From positions 2,624-66,623 of the forward strand of contig CAKPLQ010000001.1 in assembly GCA_934167685.1 (NCBI GenBank): a DNA stretch of 64,000 nucleotides. Direction: 5' to 3'. The notes under the pieces are model-generated. The model was given only the letters and a program-made list of their open reading frames with translations. It had not been told where the DNA came from and did not search any database. The stretch is from an uncultured Clostridia bacterium. GTDB lineage: Bacteria; Bacillota; Clostridia; TANB77; CAG-508. The position numbers and the translations under genes are program-made. Below are positions 20,245 to 29,814 of the stretch, piece after piece; within the stretch, counting starts at the first letter, position 1, and every line of letters begins with the position of its first letter.

Positions 20245-21411
20245 ATGAAAATCGCAGTAGCAGGAACAGGCTATGTAGGCCTATCAATAGCATGCCTACT
20301 AGCACAAAAAAATGAAGTAATTGCATTAGATGTAATAAAAGAAAAAGTAGACATGATAAATGCAGGAAAATCACCAATAAGAGACAAAGAAATCGAAGAT
20401 TTTCTTACAAACAAAAAACTAGATTTAAAAGCAACATTAGATTATAAAGAAGCATTTCAAGGAGCAAAATTTATTGTAATATCAACACCAACAAACTATG
20501 ATGACGAAACAAAACATTTCGACACATCATCAGTTGAGGATATAATAGAAAAAGTAATATCAATGAATATAGATACAACAATGGTAATAAAATCAACAAT
20601 ACCAGTTGGCTATGTTGAATCAATAAAAAAGAAATATGGAATTGATAATATAATGTTTAGTCCGGAATTTTTAAGAGAAGGACGAGCTTTATATGACAAT
20701 TTATATCCATCAAGAATAATTGTTGGAGAAAAATCAGAAAGAGCTATTGAATTTGCAAAATTGTTGCAACAGGGTGCATTAAAAGAAAATGTTGAAACAA
20801 AATACATGAATTCAACAGAAGCAGAAGCAGTTAAATTATTTGCAAATACTTATCTGGCATTAAGAGTATCATATTTCAACGAACTTGACACATATGCAGA
20901 AACAAAAGGATTAAATACAAAGGATATTATAGATGGAATATGTTTAGATCCAAGAATAGGAACTCATTATAATAATCCATCTTTTGGATATGGAGGATAT
21001 TGTTTACCAAAGGATACAAAACAATTATTGGCAAATTTCGATAATGTACCCCAAAATTTAATTCGTGCAATTGTTAGTTCAAATGATACAAGAAAAGAAC
21101 ATATTGCAAAAATGATTATGCAAAGAAAACCTAATGTTGTTGGTATTTATAGACTAACTATGAAAGCTGACTCAGATAATTTCAGATTCAGTGCAATTCA
21201 AGGAGTTATTCAAAAATTAAAAGAACATAATGTTCCAATTATTATATATGAACCAACATTAAAAGATAAAGAATTTAAAGATTGTGAAGTAATAAATGAC
21301 TTTAGCCAATTTGCAGAAAAAGCTGATATTATTGTGGCTAATAGGTATGAAGAGCAATTGTTTGAAGTTAGAAATAAAGTATATACAAGGGATTTATATA
21401 GTCGAGATTAG
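20245..21411 (+). CDS. ugd: UDP-glucose 6-dehydrogenase (about 390-aa type)
   Basis: Has the N-terminal MKIAVAGTGYVGLS NAD motif and the catalytic cysteine region GFGGYCLPKDT. RBS AGGAGGTG. The ORF track begins at an upstream GTG. Confidence 0.85.
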   Translation: MKIAVAGTGYVGLSIACLLAQKNEVIALDVIKEKVDMINAGKSPIRDKEIEDFLTNKKLDLKATLDYKEAFQGAKFIVISTPTNYDDETKHFDTSSVEDIIEKVISMNIDTTMVIKSTIPVGYVESIKKKYGIDNIMFSPEFLREGRALYDNLYPSRIIVGEKSERAIEFAKLLQQGALKENVETKYMNSTEAEAVKLFANTYLALRVSYFNELDTYAETKGLNTKDIIDGICLDPRIGTHYNNPSFGYGGYCLPKDTKQLLANFDNVPQNLIRAIVSSNDTRKEHIAKMIMQRKPNVVGIYRLTMKADSDNFRFSAIQGVIQKLKEHNVPIIIYEPTLKDKEFKDCEVINDFSQFAEKADIIVANRYEEQLFEVRNKVYTRDLYSRD

Positions 21412-21479
21412 TGCATAAATATAAAAAAATAACAAAATATTTTAAGTCAAAATTTATAAAAAAAAATTTCAAAAAACTA

Positions 21480-21508
21480 TTGCACAAAAAGCGACTAAAT
21501 GTTATAAT
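21480..21508 (+). promoter_or_regulatory. consensus sigma-A promoter (TTGCAC-17-TATAAT) for the sortase-substrate/sortase pair
   Basis: TTGCAC at 21480-21485, a 17-nt spacer and TATAAT at 21503-21508, about 40 nt before the RBS GAAAGGAAG of the 21550 ORF. Confidence 0.6.
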
Positions 21509-21549
21509 CAAAATGTAAAAAATAAAACAAAAGAAAGGAAGAAAATAAA

Positions 21550-22071
21550 ATGAAAAAAAGTTTTATAATATCAATATTAACAGCCATAATAGTAATGGCA
21601 TGTGCAACATTAGTAAATGCTGCAACAACATCTACATTAGCAGATGAATTATATGCAAAAGGACAAAAATACGGAATGACAACAGCCGAAAAAGTAAAAG
21701 TAGAAAGATATTTATCAGAATATCCAGTAACAGATGAACAAGCAGATGCAATACTTGCAAAAGCAGATGAAGCAATAGCTGTAATGGAAGAAGCAGGAAC
21801 AACTGACTACAGACAATTAACATCAGCACAAGCAGACAAATTAAAATCAATAGCTAATTCAGCAGCAGATTTAATTGATGCAAATGTTGTATTCAAAAAA
21901 GGTTATGCAGAAATATATAAAAATGGTAAGTTAGTAGAAACAATTGGACAAAATACTAAAAAATTAGCATATACAGGAAATAACGTTAATGTTGTTTTAA
22001 CTAGTTCTGTAATAGCAATAATTGCCCTTGCTATCGCTGTTGTAACAAAGAGAACTGTGCATGAAAAATAA
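21550..22071 (+). CDS. secreted surface protein with a C-terminal LAxTG-type cell-wall sorting signal
   Basis: 173 aa. It has an N-terminal signal peptide (..CATLVNA|ATT). The C-terminus reads KLAYTGNN, then a 21-aa hydrophobic stretch, then KRTVHEK. This motif / transmembrane segment / positive tail architecture is that of a sortase substrate. The sortase gene overlaps its stop codon. Confidence 0.55.
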   Translation: MKKSFIISILTAIIVMACATLVNAATTSTLADELYAKGQKYGMTTAEKVKVERYLSEYPVTDEQADAILAKADEAIAVMEEAGTTDYRQLTSAQADKLKSIANSAADLIDANVVFKKGYAEIYKNGKLVETIGQNTKKLAYTGNNVNVVLTSSVIAIIALAIAVVTKRTVHEK

Positions 22072-22696
22072 ATTTGGACAATCAGTAAAAGCAACTATTA
22101 GTAGTATAATAGTTGCTTTATTAATTGTAGTAACATTACTTTTAGGAATAAAACTATTTTTAGGGCGAAAAATAGACGAAATATTTAGGCTTGTAAACAA
22201 AGTTTCAATCGCAATAGCATCAAAAGCAGAACAAGCAGAAGCAACAATTAGTACAGATGCAGAAACAGAAAAGAATACAGTCAAAAATTATCCAGAATAT
22301 GGAACGCAATATGCAACAATAGAAATTAATAAAATAAATGTAAATTTACCTGTATATTATGGTGATACACTTGAAATATTAAAAAAAGGAGTTGGCCATT
22401 CTAGTGGAAGTTATTTTCCAGGAGAAGGTGGTTCAATAGTATACATGGGGCATAACTCGAAGAATATGTTTAGAAGATTTTCAGAATTACAAAATGGTGA
22501 TGAAATAAAAGTGACAACATCATATGGTGAATATGTATATAAAATCTATGATATGCAATTAATAAAAGAGACAGAATTGGATAAATTACCAATTCAAAGA
22601 GATAAAGAAATTTTGATGGTATATACATGTTATCCATTCAACAATATAGGATATGCAACACAAAGATATGTTGTATATGCTGAATTGGAAAAGTAA
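22061..22696 (+). CDS. sortase (transpeptidase) family protein
   Basis: 211 aa with an N-terminal transmembrane anchor. It has the catalytic His (MGHNSK), the TLxTC-type motif LMVYTCYP and a downstream conserved Arg. An 11-nt overlap with the substrate gene suggests translational coupling. Confidence 0.8.
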   Translation: MKNKFGQSVKATISSIIVALLIVVTLLLGIKLFLGRKIDEIFRLVNKVSIAIASKAEQAEATISTDAETEKNTVKNYPEYGTQYATIEINKINVNLPVYYGDTLEILKKGVGHSSGSYFPGEGGSIVYMGHNSKNMFRRFSELQNGDEIKVTTSYGEYVYKIYDMQLIKETELDKLPIQRDKEILMVYTCYPFNNIGYATQRYVVYAELEK

Positions 22697-22725
22697 ATAT
22701 TGCATAATAAGAAAGGAAAATAAAA

Positions 22726-23574
22726 ATGAAAGTATTAATAAATCTTCTAAAATTTATACTTACAATGATATTAACAATTGCACTAATTTCTATAGGCTTA
22801 ATTACAATATTATTTTCTACTGTACTAGATAAAAATTATATAATGCAAAAACTAGAAGAAACAGATTTCTATTTAGGAACATATCAATTAGTAGAATCAA
22901 ATTTCGAAAATTATATAGACCAATCTGGTTTAGATGAGAATGTGCTTGAAAATATTTGTACGCAAGAAAAAGTAAAAAATGATATTAATATGATTTTATC
23001 AAATATATATAATGGAAAAAATCAAGTAATAGATACAACAGAAATTGAGACAAATTTAAATGCGAATATAGATAAATTAGGAATAAAAAATAATCAAAAT
23101 GAGGGAGCAATAAATCAATTTGTAAATCACATTTGCTCTGAATATAAAAATACGCTAATATATGCAAATTATTCAACAAAGATTACAGGTGTATATCAAA
23201 ATGCTGTAAGTAAGTTAAATAATGTGTATAAAATTATGTTAGGAGTTTTGGTGATTGATTTTATTGCGATTATTATAGTGAATAATAAAAAGATTTTAAA
23301 TGATGTTCAATCTTTAGGAACGGCATTATTAGCTTGTGGGGTTTTTGAAGTGTTGGCATGCCAAATAGTAGTTGCAAAAGTGAAAATACAAGGGATAAAA
23401 GTGTTTGATGATGCTTTTTCTAAAACTCTGGTTGCTATAATTCAAGAAGTGTTGCAGAAAATAAGTTCATTGGCAGTAGGCTCAATTATAATTGCGATAT
23501 TAGTTATTGCAATATATGCTGCTAGAACTATTAGTAAAAAAACAAAAGAAAATTTAAATACAGGAAGGGAATAA
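22726..23574 (+). CDS. hypothetical polytopic membrane protein
   Basis: 282 aa with one N-terminal and about three C-terminal transmembrane helices around an Asn-rich extracytoplasmic domain. No family recognised. Confidence 0.4.
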   Translation: MKVLINLLKFILTMILTIALISIGLITILFSTVLDKNYIMQKLEETDFYLGTYQLVESNFENYIDQSGLDENVLENICTQEKVKNDINMILSNIYNGKNQVIDTTEIETNLNANIDKLGIKNNQNEGAINQFVNHICSEYKNTLIYANYSTKITGVYQNAVSKLNNVYKIMLGVLVIDFIAIIIVNNKKILNDVQSLGTALLACGVFEVLACQIVVAKVKIQGIKVFDDAFSKTLVAIIQEVLQKISSLAVGSIIIAILVIAIYAARTISKKTKENLNTGRE

Positions 23575-23576
23575 TA

Positions 23577-24287
23577 ATGGAAGAAATAGATTTAAAAGAA
23601 TTATTACAAATGTTTTGGAGCAAGAAAGTACAAATAATAGTGGTAGTTGCTATATTTGCGATTATAGGTGGCGTTTATAGTTTGATGTTTGTAACGCCTA
23701 AATACCAAGCTTCTACAACATTGCTATTAGCAACTAATTCTTCTTCTAACAATGCTAATGGAGATTCTTCAATTACAACTACAGATGTTACATTAAATTC
23801 AAAATTAGTTTCTACATATAGCAAACTTGTAAAAAGTAATAAATTAGTAAGAACTGTAATTTCAAATTTATCATTAAAAATGGATGAAGACGAGCTTAAA
23901 AAAAGCGTAAGTGTAACAGCTGCTGAAGATACTGAAGTTATAGAAATATCTGTAAAAAATACAGACCCTGTTTTAGCAACTAAAATTGCAAATGAAATTG
24001 CAAAGGTCTTTATTGATAATATTAAGGAATTTTATGGAGTAGAAAATGTTCATGTTGTAGATGTGGCAGAAGTTCCACAAAGTCCATATAATATTAATCA
24101 CACAAAAGATATAATAATTTTTGCATTTATAGGTGCTATAATTGCTGTGGTGTATGTATTGCTTTCAAACATGTTAGATACTACTATAAAATCTGAAGAT
24201 GATATAGAAAAGAATTTTAAACTTACAGTATTAACTACAATTCCATTTTATGATGGGACAGAATACAAAAGAAGGAGGAGAAATTAG
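23577..24287 (+). CDS. Wzz/CpsC/CapA-type chain-length determinant (PCP2b transmembrane modulator)
   Basis: The N-terminal LLQMFWSKKVQIIVVVAIFAIIGGVYSLMFVTPKYQASTTLL matches the Wzz N-terminal motif. A second transmembrane helix lies near the C-terminus. The BY-kinase gene follows directly. Confidence 0.8.
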   Translation: MEEIDLKELLQMFWSKKVQIIVVVAIFAIIGGVYSLMFVTPKYQASTTLLLATNSSSNNANGDSSITTTDVTLNSKLVSTYSKLVKSNKLVRTVISNLSLKMDEDELKKSVSVTAAEDTEVIEISVKNTDPVLATKIANEIAKVFIDNIKEFYGVENVHVVDVAEVPQSPYNINHTKDIIIFAFIGAIIAVVYVLLSNMLDTTIKSEDDIEKNFKLTVLTTIPFYDGTEYKRRRRN

Positions 24288-24290
24288 AGG

Positions 24291-25325
24291 ATGAAGAGAG
24301 AATTGATAGCACATGAAGACCCTAAATCTTATGTGTCAGAATTATTTAGAACTTTAAGGACAAATGTGCAATTTATGAATTCCAATAAAAGTTTAAAAAC
24401 ATTATTAGTTACATCAACATTGCCAGGAGAAGGCAAGACTTGGGTTTCATCAAATTTAGCAATTACATTTGCTCAGACAGGAAAAAAAGTTGTTTTAATA
24501 GATGCTGATATGAGAAAATGCTGTTTGCACAATATTTTTAAAGTGGCTCCATATCCAGGATTATCAAATCTTTTGGCAGGAATAAATGATAATCCTCAAA
24601 AAACATATAGTTTAGAAAATTATTTAAGAAATACAGAAGTACCAAATTTGTTTTTGATACCATCTGGTAATGTACCACCAAATCCATCAGAATTGCTTTC
24701 AACACCTCAAATGAGTGCACTATTAGATGAACTAAAAAGAAATTTTGATTTAATAGTAATAGATGGTACACCATCAAAATTAGTAACAGATGCAGTAATT
24801 TTGTCTAGAGTGGTAGATTCTACAATAATTGTTACTGCTCATAATATGACTAAAAAAGACGATTTGACTAAGGTTATAAAAGATATTAAAAATGTTGGTG
24901 GACATATAGCAGGAGTTGTTTATAATAAAAAGCCTGTTTCTGGTAGAAAGGCTAATGAAACTTATTATTATGCTTCTGCACCAATCAAAATAGATGCAAA
25001 AAGACAAGGAGAATTAGAGTATGAGCGCAGACGCCAAATTCAACGTTCTAGAACTACAGAGATGTTAAATAGAGATAGAAATCCTAAAGAATATCAAAAA
25101 GAGGCTATTGCAAAACAAAAAGAAACTGAATCGGCAAAACCACAGCCACAGCCTAAGACACATCAAGAGACACAGCAAGAGTTGAGACAAACAGTTCAAA
25201 AAAGTATGGAAAATAGCGGGGCGAATATGGAGATGTCGCCAGAAGAAAGAGCAACAGAGATGTTGAAACAATTTAATGATTACTTACAAAAAGAAAAAGA
25301 AAATATGGATAAGAGGAACTTTTAA
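24291..25325 (+). CDS. BY-kinase (CpsD/CapB/YwqD-type tyrosine autokinase) with a ~115-aa charged C-terminal extension
   Basis: Has a Walker A motif STLPGEGKTWVSSNLA, an A' motif VLIDADMRK and a Walker B motif LIVIDGTP. The tyrosine cluster ETYYYAS lies at about residue 225, followed by a long Lys/Glu/Gln-rich tail. Confidence 0.85.
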   Translation: MKRELIAHEDPKSYVSELFRTLRTNVQFMNSNKSLKTLLVTSTLPGEGKTWVSSNLAITFAQTGKKVVLIDADMRKCCLHNIFKVAPYPGLSNLLAGINDNPQKTYSLENYLRNTEVPNLFLIPSGNVPPNPSELLSTPQMSALLDELKRNFDLIVIDGTPSKLVTDAVILSRVVDSTIIVTAHNMTKKDDLTKVIKDIKNVGGHIAGVVYNKKPVSGRKANETYYYASAPIKIDAKRQGELEYERRRQIQRSRTTEMLNRDRNPKEYQKEAIAKQKETESAKPQPQPKTHQETQQELRQTVQKSMENSGANMEMSPEERATEMLKQFNDYLQKEKENMDKRNF

Positions 25326-26056
25326 TGATAGATTTTCATTCACATATATTACCTAATATTGATGATGGCTCTAGGAGCATGGAAGAATCAATTAATTTAA
25401 TTAGAGAAGCCACTGAAGCAGGTTTTGCTGGAATAATATCTACATCACATTATTTACAAGATTATTATGAGTGTGATGAGCAAGAAAGAAGAAAGTTACT
25501 TGAAGATATTGATGATGAGGCTTCTAAGTTATCTAATAATATTGGAATGCAAATGCCTAAATTATATTTGGGTAGCGAAATTTATATAACAACGGATATG
25601 ATAAATCTTCTAGAAGAGAAAAAGGCGTCTACTATAAATAATACGAAATATGTTTTGTTTGAGTTGCCAATGAATTCAAGGCCATTATTTGTTAAAGACG
25701 TAGTATATAAATTAATTGAAGATGGATATAGACCGATTATAGCACATCCGGAAAGATATAGCTATGTAAAAGAAGATATAGGCTTTGTTAAAGAATTGAA
25801 AGATATGGGAGCACTATTTCAATCTAATTATGGTAGTATAATCGGAATGTATGGAAATTCTGCTAAAAAAACAGTAAAGAAATTGTTGAAAGAAAATTTG
25901 ATTAGTTTTTTGGGTTCTGATGTTCATAAAACAGGGCAGATATATCCTAAGATTCCAAAAATTTTGAAAAAGTTGAATAGATGGATACCTTCTGATATGG
26001 TCCAAAATCTTACAACTTTCAATGCTCAAAAAGTGTTAGAAAACCAGGAAATATAA
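25325..26056 (+). CDS. PHP-family protein-tyrosine phosphatase (CpsB/YwqE-type)
   Basis: The N-terminal MIDFHSHILPNIDDGS and the segment ...IAHPERY... are PHP-phosphatase motifs. There is a 1-nt overlap with the kinase gene. Confidence 0.85.
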   Translation: MIDFHSHILPNIDDGSRSMEESINLIREATEAGFAGIISTSHYLQDYYECDEQERRKLLEDIDDEASKLSNNIGMQMPKLYLGSEIYITTDMINLLEEKKASTINNTKYVLFELPMNSRPLFVKDVVYKLIEDGYRPIIAHPERYSYVKEDIGFVKELKDMGALFQSNYGSIIGMYGNSAKKTVKKLLKENLISFLGSDVHKTGQIYPKIPKILKKLNRWIPSDMVQNLTTFNAQKVLENQEI

Positions 26057-26097
26057 GAATTGGGATAACATATGCAAAATATTAATTTTATAATATA

Positions 26098-26195
26098 TTA
26101 AGGGTTTTAAGTATATAAATTCGTTATGAAAAAATTTGTATACTTTGAACCCTTTTTTGGCAATAGAAAAATCAAAAAACCTATTGCCAAAAAAC
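26098..26195 (+). terminator. two tandem hairpins downstream of the cpsB-like gene (terminator and/or operator)
   Basis: AAGGGTTTTAAGTATA...TATACTTTGAACCCTT is followed by a T-run. It is followed by a perfect 10-bp inverted repeat TTGGCAATAG-14nt-CTATTGCCAA flanked by T/A runs. Confidence 0.45.
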
Positions 26196-26290
26196 TAATA
26201 AAATGATATATTAAGTGGAGAAGAAAAAATTTCGACAAAAAGTACAAATAAACAACAAAATGTTTACTTCAATTATGGGGGGAGAAAAAA

Positions 26291-26995
26291 GTGGATATTA
26301 ATGTTGCAAATGATAATATTACTCAGGAAATTTCAAATTTATCTCCTAAGGTATATTCAAAAGTCTTGAGTGAAAGAAAAATATATGTATTTATGAAAAG
26401 AGTGGTAGATATTATAGGAGCAGTTTTTGGAATAATATTATTAGCTCCGATTACTTTAGGTATTTTTATAGCAAAAATTGTTTGCAAAGATAAGGGCTCT
26501 ATAATATATACTCAAAATAGAATTGGTAAAAATGGTAAAATATTTAAGATGTATAAATTCAGGTCTATGGTGGAAGGGGCAGACGAAATCTTAGAAGAGT
26601 ATTTAGCTCAAAACGACGAAGCAAGAGAAGAATATAAAATAAATAAAAAACTTAAAGATGATCCAAGAATAACTCGAATTGGTAAGTTTATTAGAAAAAC
26701 AAGCATTGATGAATTTCCACAATTCATAAATGTTTTTAAAGGTGACATGAGTTTAGTAGGACCAAGACCATATTTGGAAAAAGAGAAGGATGATATTGGT
26801 GGATATTATCCTTATATAACAGCTGTTAAACCTGGAATTACTGGCCTATGGCAAGTCTCTGGAAGAAATGATGTTCCTTTTGAAGAAAGATTAAAGCTAG
26901 ATGAAAAGTATTATGAGAAAAAAAGTGTTACAATGGATTTGAAAATTTTAGTTAAAACAGCAACAAAAGTTTTTAGTAGGGAAGGTGCGATTTAA
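26291..26995 (+). CDS. undecaprenyl-phosphate sugar phosphotransferase (bacterial sugar transferase, CpsE/WchA C-terminal-domain type)
   Basis: Has the motifs KMYKFRSM and DEFPQFINVFKGDMSLVGPRP. A GTG start follows GGGGGGAG. An alternative ATG at 26393 (MKRVVDIIGAVFGIILLAP) is also plausible. Confidence 0.8.
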   Translation: MDINVANDNITQEISNLSPKVYSKVLSERKIYVFMKRVVDIIGAVFGIILLAPITLGIFIAKIVCKDKGSIIYTQNRIGKNGKIFKMYKFRSMVEGADEILEEYLAQNDEAREEYKINKKLKDDPRITRIGKFIRKTSIDEFPQFINVFKGDMSLVGPRPYLEKEKDDIGGYYPYITAVKPGITGLWQVSGRNDVPFEERLKLDEKYYEKKSVTMDLKILVKTATKVFSREGAI

Positions 26996-27837
26996 TGACA
27001 ATAGATATAATTTGTCCACTGTATAATGCGGAAAATGATATAGAAAAATTAGATGAATCGTTAAAAAAACAAAAAAATATACAATTGAATTCAATTAAAT
27101 ATATATTAACAGAAAGCAAGGATAATACAGAAAAAAAATTAAGCGGATTAAATTTGAAATTCAAAAAAATAAAAAAAGAAGAGTTTTCACATAGTCTTAC
27201 TAGAGAAAAAGCGGCCTTTGATAGTGATGCAGATATTGTTGTATTTATTACACAAGATGTAAAAATAAAAAGGGATGACTGGCTATATTATTTAGTTAAA
27301 GATATAGAAGAAGGAACTGTGGATGCGTGCTATAGTAGGCAAATATGTGATAATAATACTATAGAAAAGTATACAAGAGAATGTAACTATCCTGCAACTT
27401 CAAAAATTGTATCTAAAGAAGATATTGAAAAATTAGGGTTAAAAACTTTCTTTTTTTCTGATGCAGCATCAGCCATAAAGAGAGAGACATTTGTAAAATT
27501 AAATGGATATGACCATAAAAATTTAATAATAAGTGAAGATATGTATATAGCTTACAAACTTATTATGAATGGATATAAAATTAAATATTGTGCAGAATCT
27601 CAAGTGGTTCATTCTCATGAGTTTACATTGAAACAATATTATAATAGATATAAAGATACGGGAAAGTTTTTTAAAGAAAATAGTTACTTGAATAAATATA
27701 AGGTAAATAAAGCAGGAGGAAGTATGGCAATTTATATTTTAAAAAGGGCTATACAGGATAGGAATTGGAATGTTTTAATAAAATATGTTCCAAATATGAT
27801 TACTAGATTTGTGGGAATGAAGATAGGAAAAATATAA
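26995..27837 (+). CDS. glycosyltransferase family 2
   Basis: GT-A-like features IDIICPLYNAEND and ...ITQD; 280 aa. Confidence 0.65.
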   Translation: MTIDIICPLYNAENDIEKLDESLKKQKNIQLNSIKYILTESKDNTEKKLSGLNLKFKKIKKEEFSHSLTREKAAFDSDADIVVFITQDVKIKRDDWLYYLVKDIEEGTVDACYSRQICDNNTIEKYTRECNYPATSKIVSKEDIEKLGLKTFFFSDAASAIKRETFVKLNGYDHKNLIISEDMYIAYKLIMNGYKIKYCAESQVVHSHEFTLKQYYNRYKDTGKFFKENSYLNKYKVNKAGGSMAIYILKRAIQDRNWNVLIKYVPNMITRFVGMKIGKI

Positions 27838-28844
27838 TGAATGAATTAGTAAGTATTATACTTCCAGTATATAAAGTTGAAAAATATCTCGAAAAATGTA
27901 TAGAAACATTGATTAGACAAACATATAAAAATATAGAAATAATATTGATTGACGATGGTTCACCAGATAAATGTGGTGTTATTTGTGATGAGTATTCTAA
28001 AAAAGATGAGAGAGTAAAGGTAGTACATAATTTGAATAAGGGAGTGTCTAATGCAAGAAATACAGGCTTAAAAATGGCAAAAGGAAGATATATTTGCTTT
28101 GTGGATCCAGATGATTATGTAGCAGAAGATTATATAGAATATTTGTATAAAATATTATTAGAAAACAATGCCGATATATCTTGTTGTAATTTTGAATATG
28201 TGTACGAAAATGCTCAAGAAAACATAGAAACTTTAAAAGAAAAGGAAAATATAAAAATATATAATACAATAGATGGATTAGAGGATTTATTGTATCAGAA
28301 AAATATAGATACATCATCATGGGGAAAATTATTTAAAAGAGAAGCATTTAGTAATATTTTATTTCCAGAAGGAAAAATATATGAAGATTTCGGAACTATT
28401 TATAAAGTTATTATGAAATTGAATGTGATAGTATATAGCAATCAAAAAAAATACTATTATTTGCAAAGAAAAGAAAGTACAATAGGAAGAGCATTTAAAG
28501 AAAAAGATTTTGATATGTTAGAATTATCAAAAGAGATGGAAAGGTATATTTTAGATGAATATCCACAGCTAGATAAAGCTGTGAAAAGTAGAATTCTTAA
28601 TATGGACTTCTATTTTTTGCGAAGAATGGATAAGAAAGAGTACAAAAAACAATACAATGATATTAAATGCAATATAAAGCAAATAAGAAAAGATGTATAC
28701 AGTAGTCCAAAAATCAAAATGAAAACTAAAATTGCTATTATTATTTCATATATTAATATAGATTTAGTTAAATATATATACTATATTTCAACTAAAATTA
28801 AATTTTTTGGCTTAAATAAATATGTAACTAAATATAAGAAGTGA
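27837..28844 (+). CDS. glycosyltransferase family 2
   Basis: VSIILPVYKVEKYLEKCIETLIRQTYKNIEIILIDDGSPD and a DPDD DxD motif. Confidence 0.8.
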   Translation: MNELVSIILPVYKVEKYLEKCIETLIRQTYKNIEIILIDDGSPDKCGVICDEYSKKDERVKVVHNLNKGVSNARNTGLKMAKGRYICFVDPDDYVAEDYIEYLYKILLENNADISCCNFEYVYENAQENIETLKEKENIKIYNTIDGLEDLLYQKNIDTSSWGKLFKREAFSNILFPEGKIYEDFGTIYKVIMKLNVIVYSNQKKYYYLQRKESTIGRAFKEKDFDMLELSKEMERYILDEYPQLDKAVKSRILNMDFYFLRRMDKKEYKKQYNDIKCNIKQIRKDVYSSPKIKMKTKIAIIISYINIDLVKYIYYISTKIKFFGLNKYVTKYKK

Positions 28845-28853
28845 GGAATATAA

Positions 28854-29810
28854 ATGATTAGCAAATTAATGATAGGAAGGCTTGGAAACCAAATGTTTCA
28901 ATATGCAACAATGAGAGCTTTTCAAGAAGAAAACAATATTGTTGAAAAATTTAATATGGAGTTTTCGAATGTAAGAAAGAATGGAAGTCCAGAAGAAGGT
29001 TTTATAAATCAATTAGATTGTTTTAAATTGAATGATGAAAAATATGTAATAGATGAAAAGATACATATATCAATATGGCAAAAAATATTATTGGGAATAT
29101 ATTTTATTACATATAAAATAATAAAAGTATTTTCTAAAAAAGAAAGTTACGAAAATAATAAGCAAAAATATGAAGCAAAGATACAGAAATTTTATAATAA
29201 AAATGGATTATATTTATATAATTTTGGTTATTATGATTTTAAAAATTCTAAAAGTGAAGATAAATTGTTTATAGGCTATTATGAAGCTTCTAAATATTTT
29301 GACAAAATAAAACAACAAATTCAAGAGGAGTTTACACCAAAGTATCCTAAAATAGAAAAAAATCTTAAATTATATGATATAATCGAAAATACAGAATCTG
29401 TATGTATATCTATAAGAAGAGGGGATTTTTTAAGTAACGCAAATAAAGGAGTTTGCTATGTGTGTACCCCAGAGTATTTTAATAAGGCAATTGAGAAAAT
29501 AAAAGAAGAAGTAAAGGAACCTAGATTTATAGTTTTTTCAGATGATGTAGATTGGGTTAGAAATAATATGAACTTTCCAGATGGAACAGAATATGAAGAA
29601 GGAAATGACCCTATTTGGGAAAAGTTAAGATTAATGTATAGTTGTAAACACTTTGTAATATCAAATAGTTCATTTAGTTGGTGGGCTCAGTATTTGTCAA
29701 GAAACGAAAAGAAAGTAGTTGTTGCACCCAATAAGTGGAGAAATTATGGGTATGATTCAAAAGATATATATATGAATAATTGGATATTGATTAATACAGA
29801 TAAAGAATAA
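28854..29810 (+). CDS. alpha-1,2-fucosyltransferase-like glycosyltransferase (GT11 family)
   Basis: The N-terminal IGRLGNQMFQYA matches GT11 motif I. The C-terminal HFVISNSSFSWWAQYL matches GT11 motif IV. Confidence 0.65.
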   Translation: MISKLMIGRLGNQMFQYATMRAFQEENNIVEKFNMEFSNVRKNGSPEEGFINQLDCFKLNDEKYVIDEKIHISIWQKILLGIYFITYKIIKVFSKKESYENNKQKYEAKIQKFYNKNGLYLYNFGYYDFKNSKSEDKLFIGYYEASKYFDKIKQQIQEEFTPKYPKIEKNLKLYDIIENTESVCISIRRGDFLSNANKGVCYVCTPEYFNKAIEKIKEEVKEPRFIVFSDDVDWVRNNMNFPDGTEYEEGNDPIWEKLRLMYSCKHFVISNSSFSWWAQYLSRNEKKVVVAPNKWRNYGYDSKDIYMNNWILINTDKE

Positions 29811-29814
29811 ACAT

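Noticed and set aside
21632-22284. Minus-strand ORFs (72, 63 and 95 aa) overlapping the sortase-substrate and sortase genes
   Set aside because: They are antisense to well-supported genes and have low-complexity Leu-rich translations.
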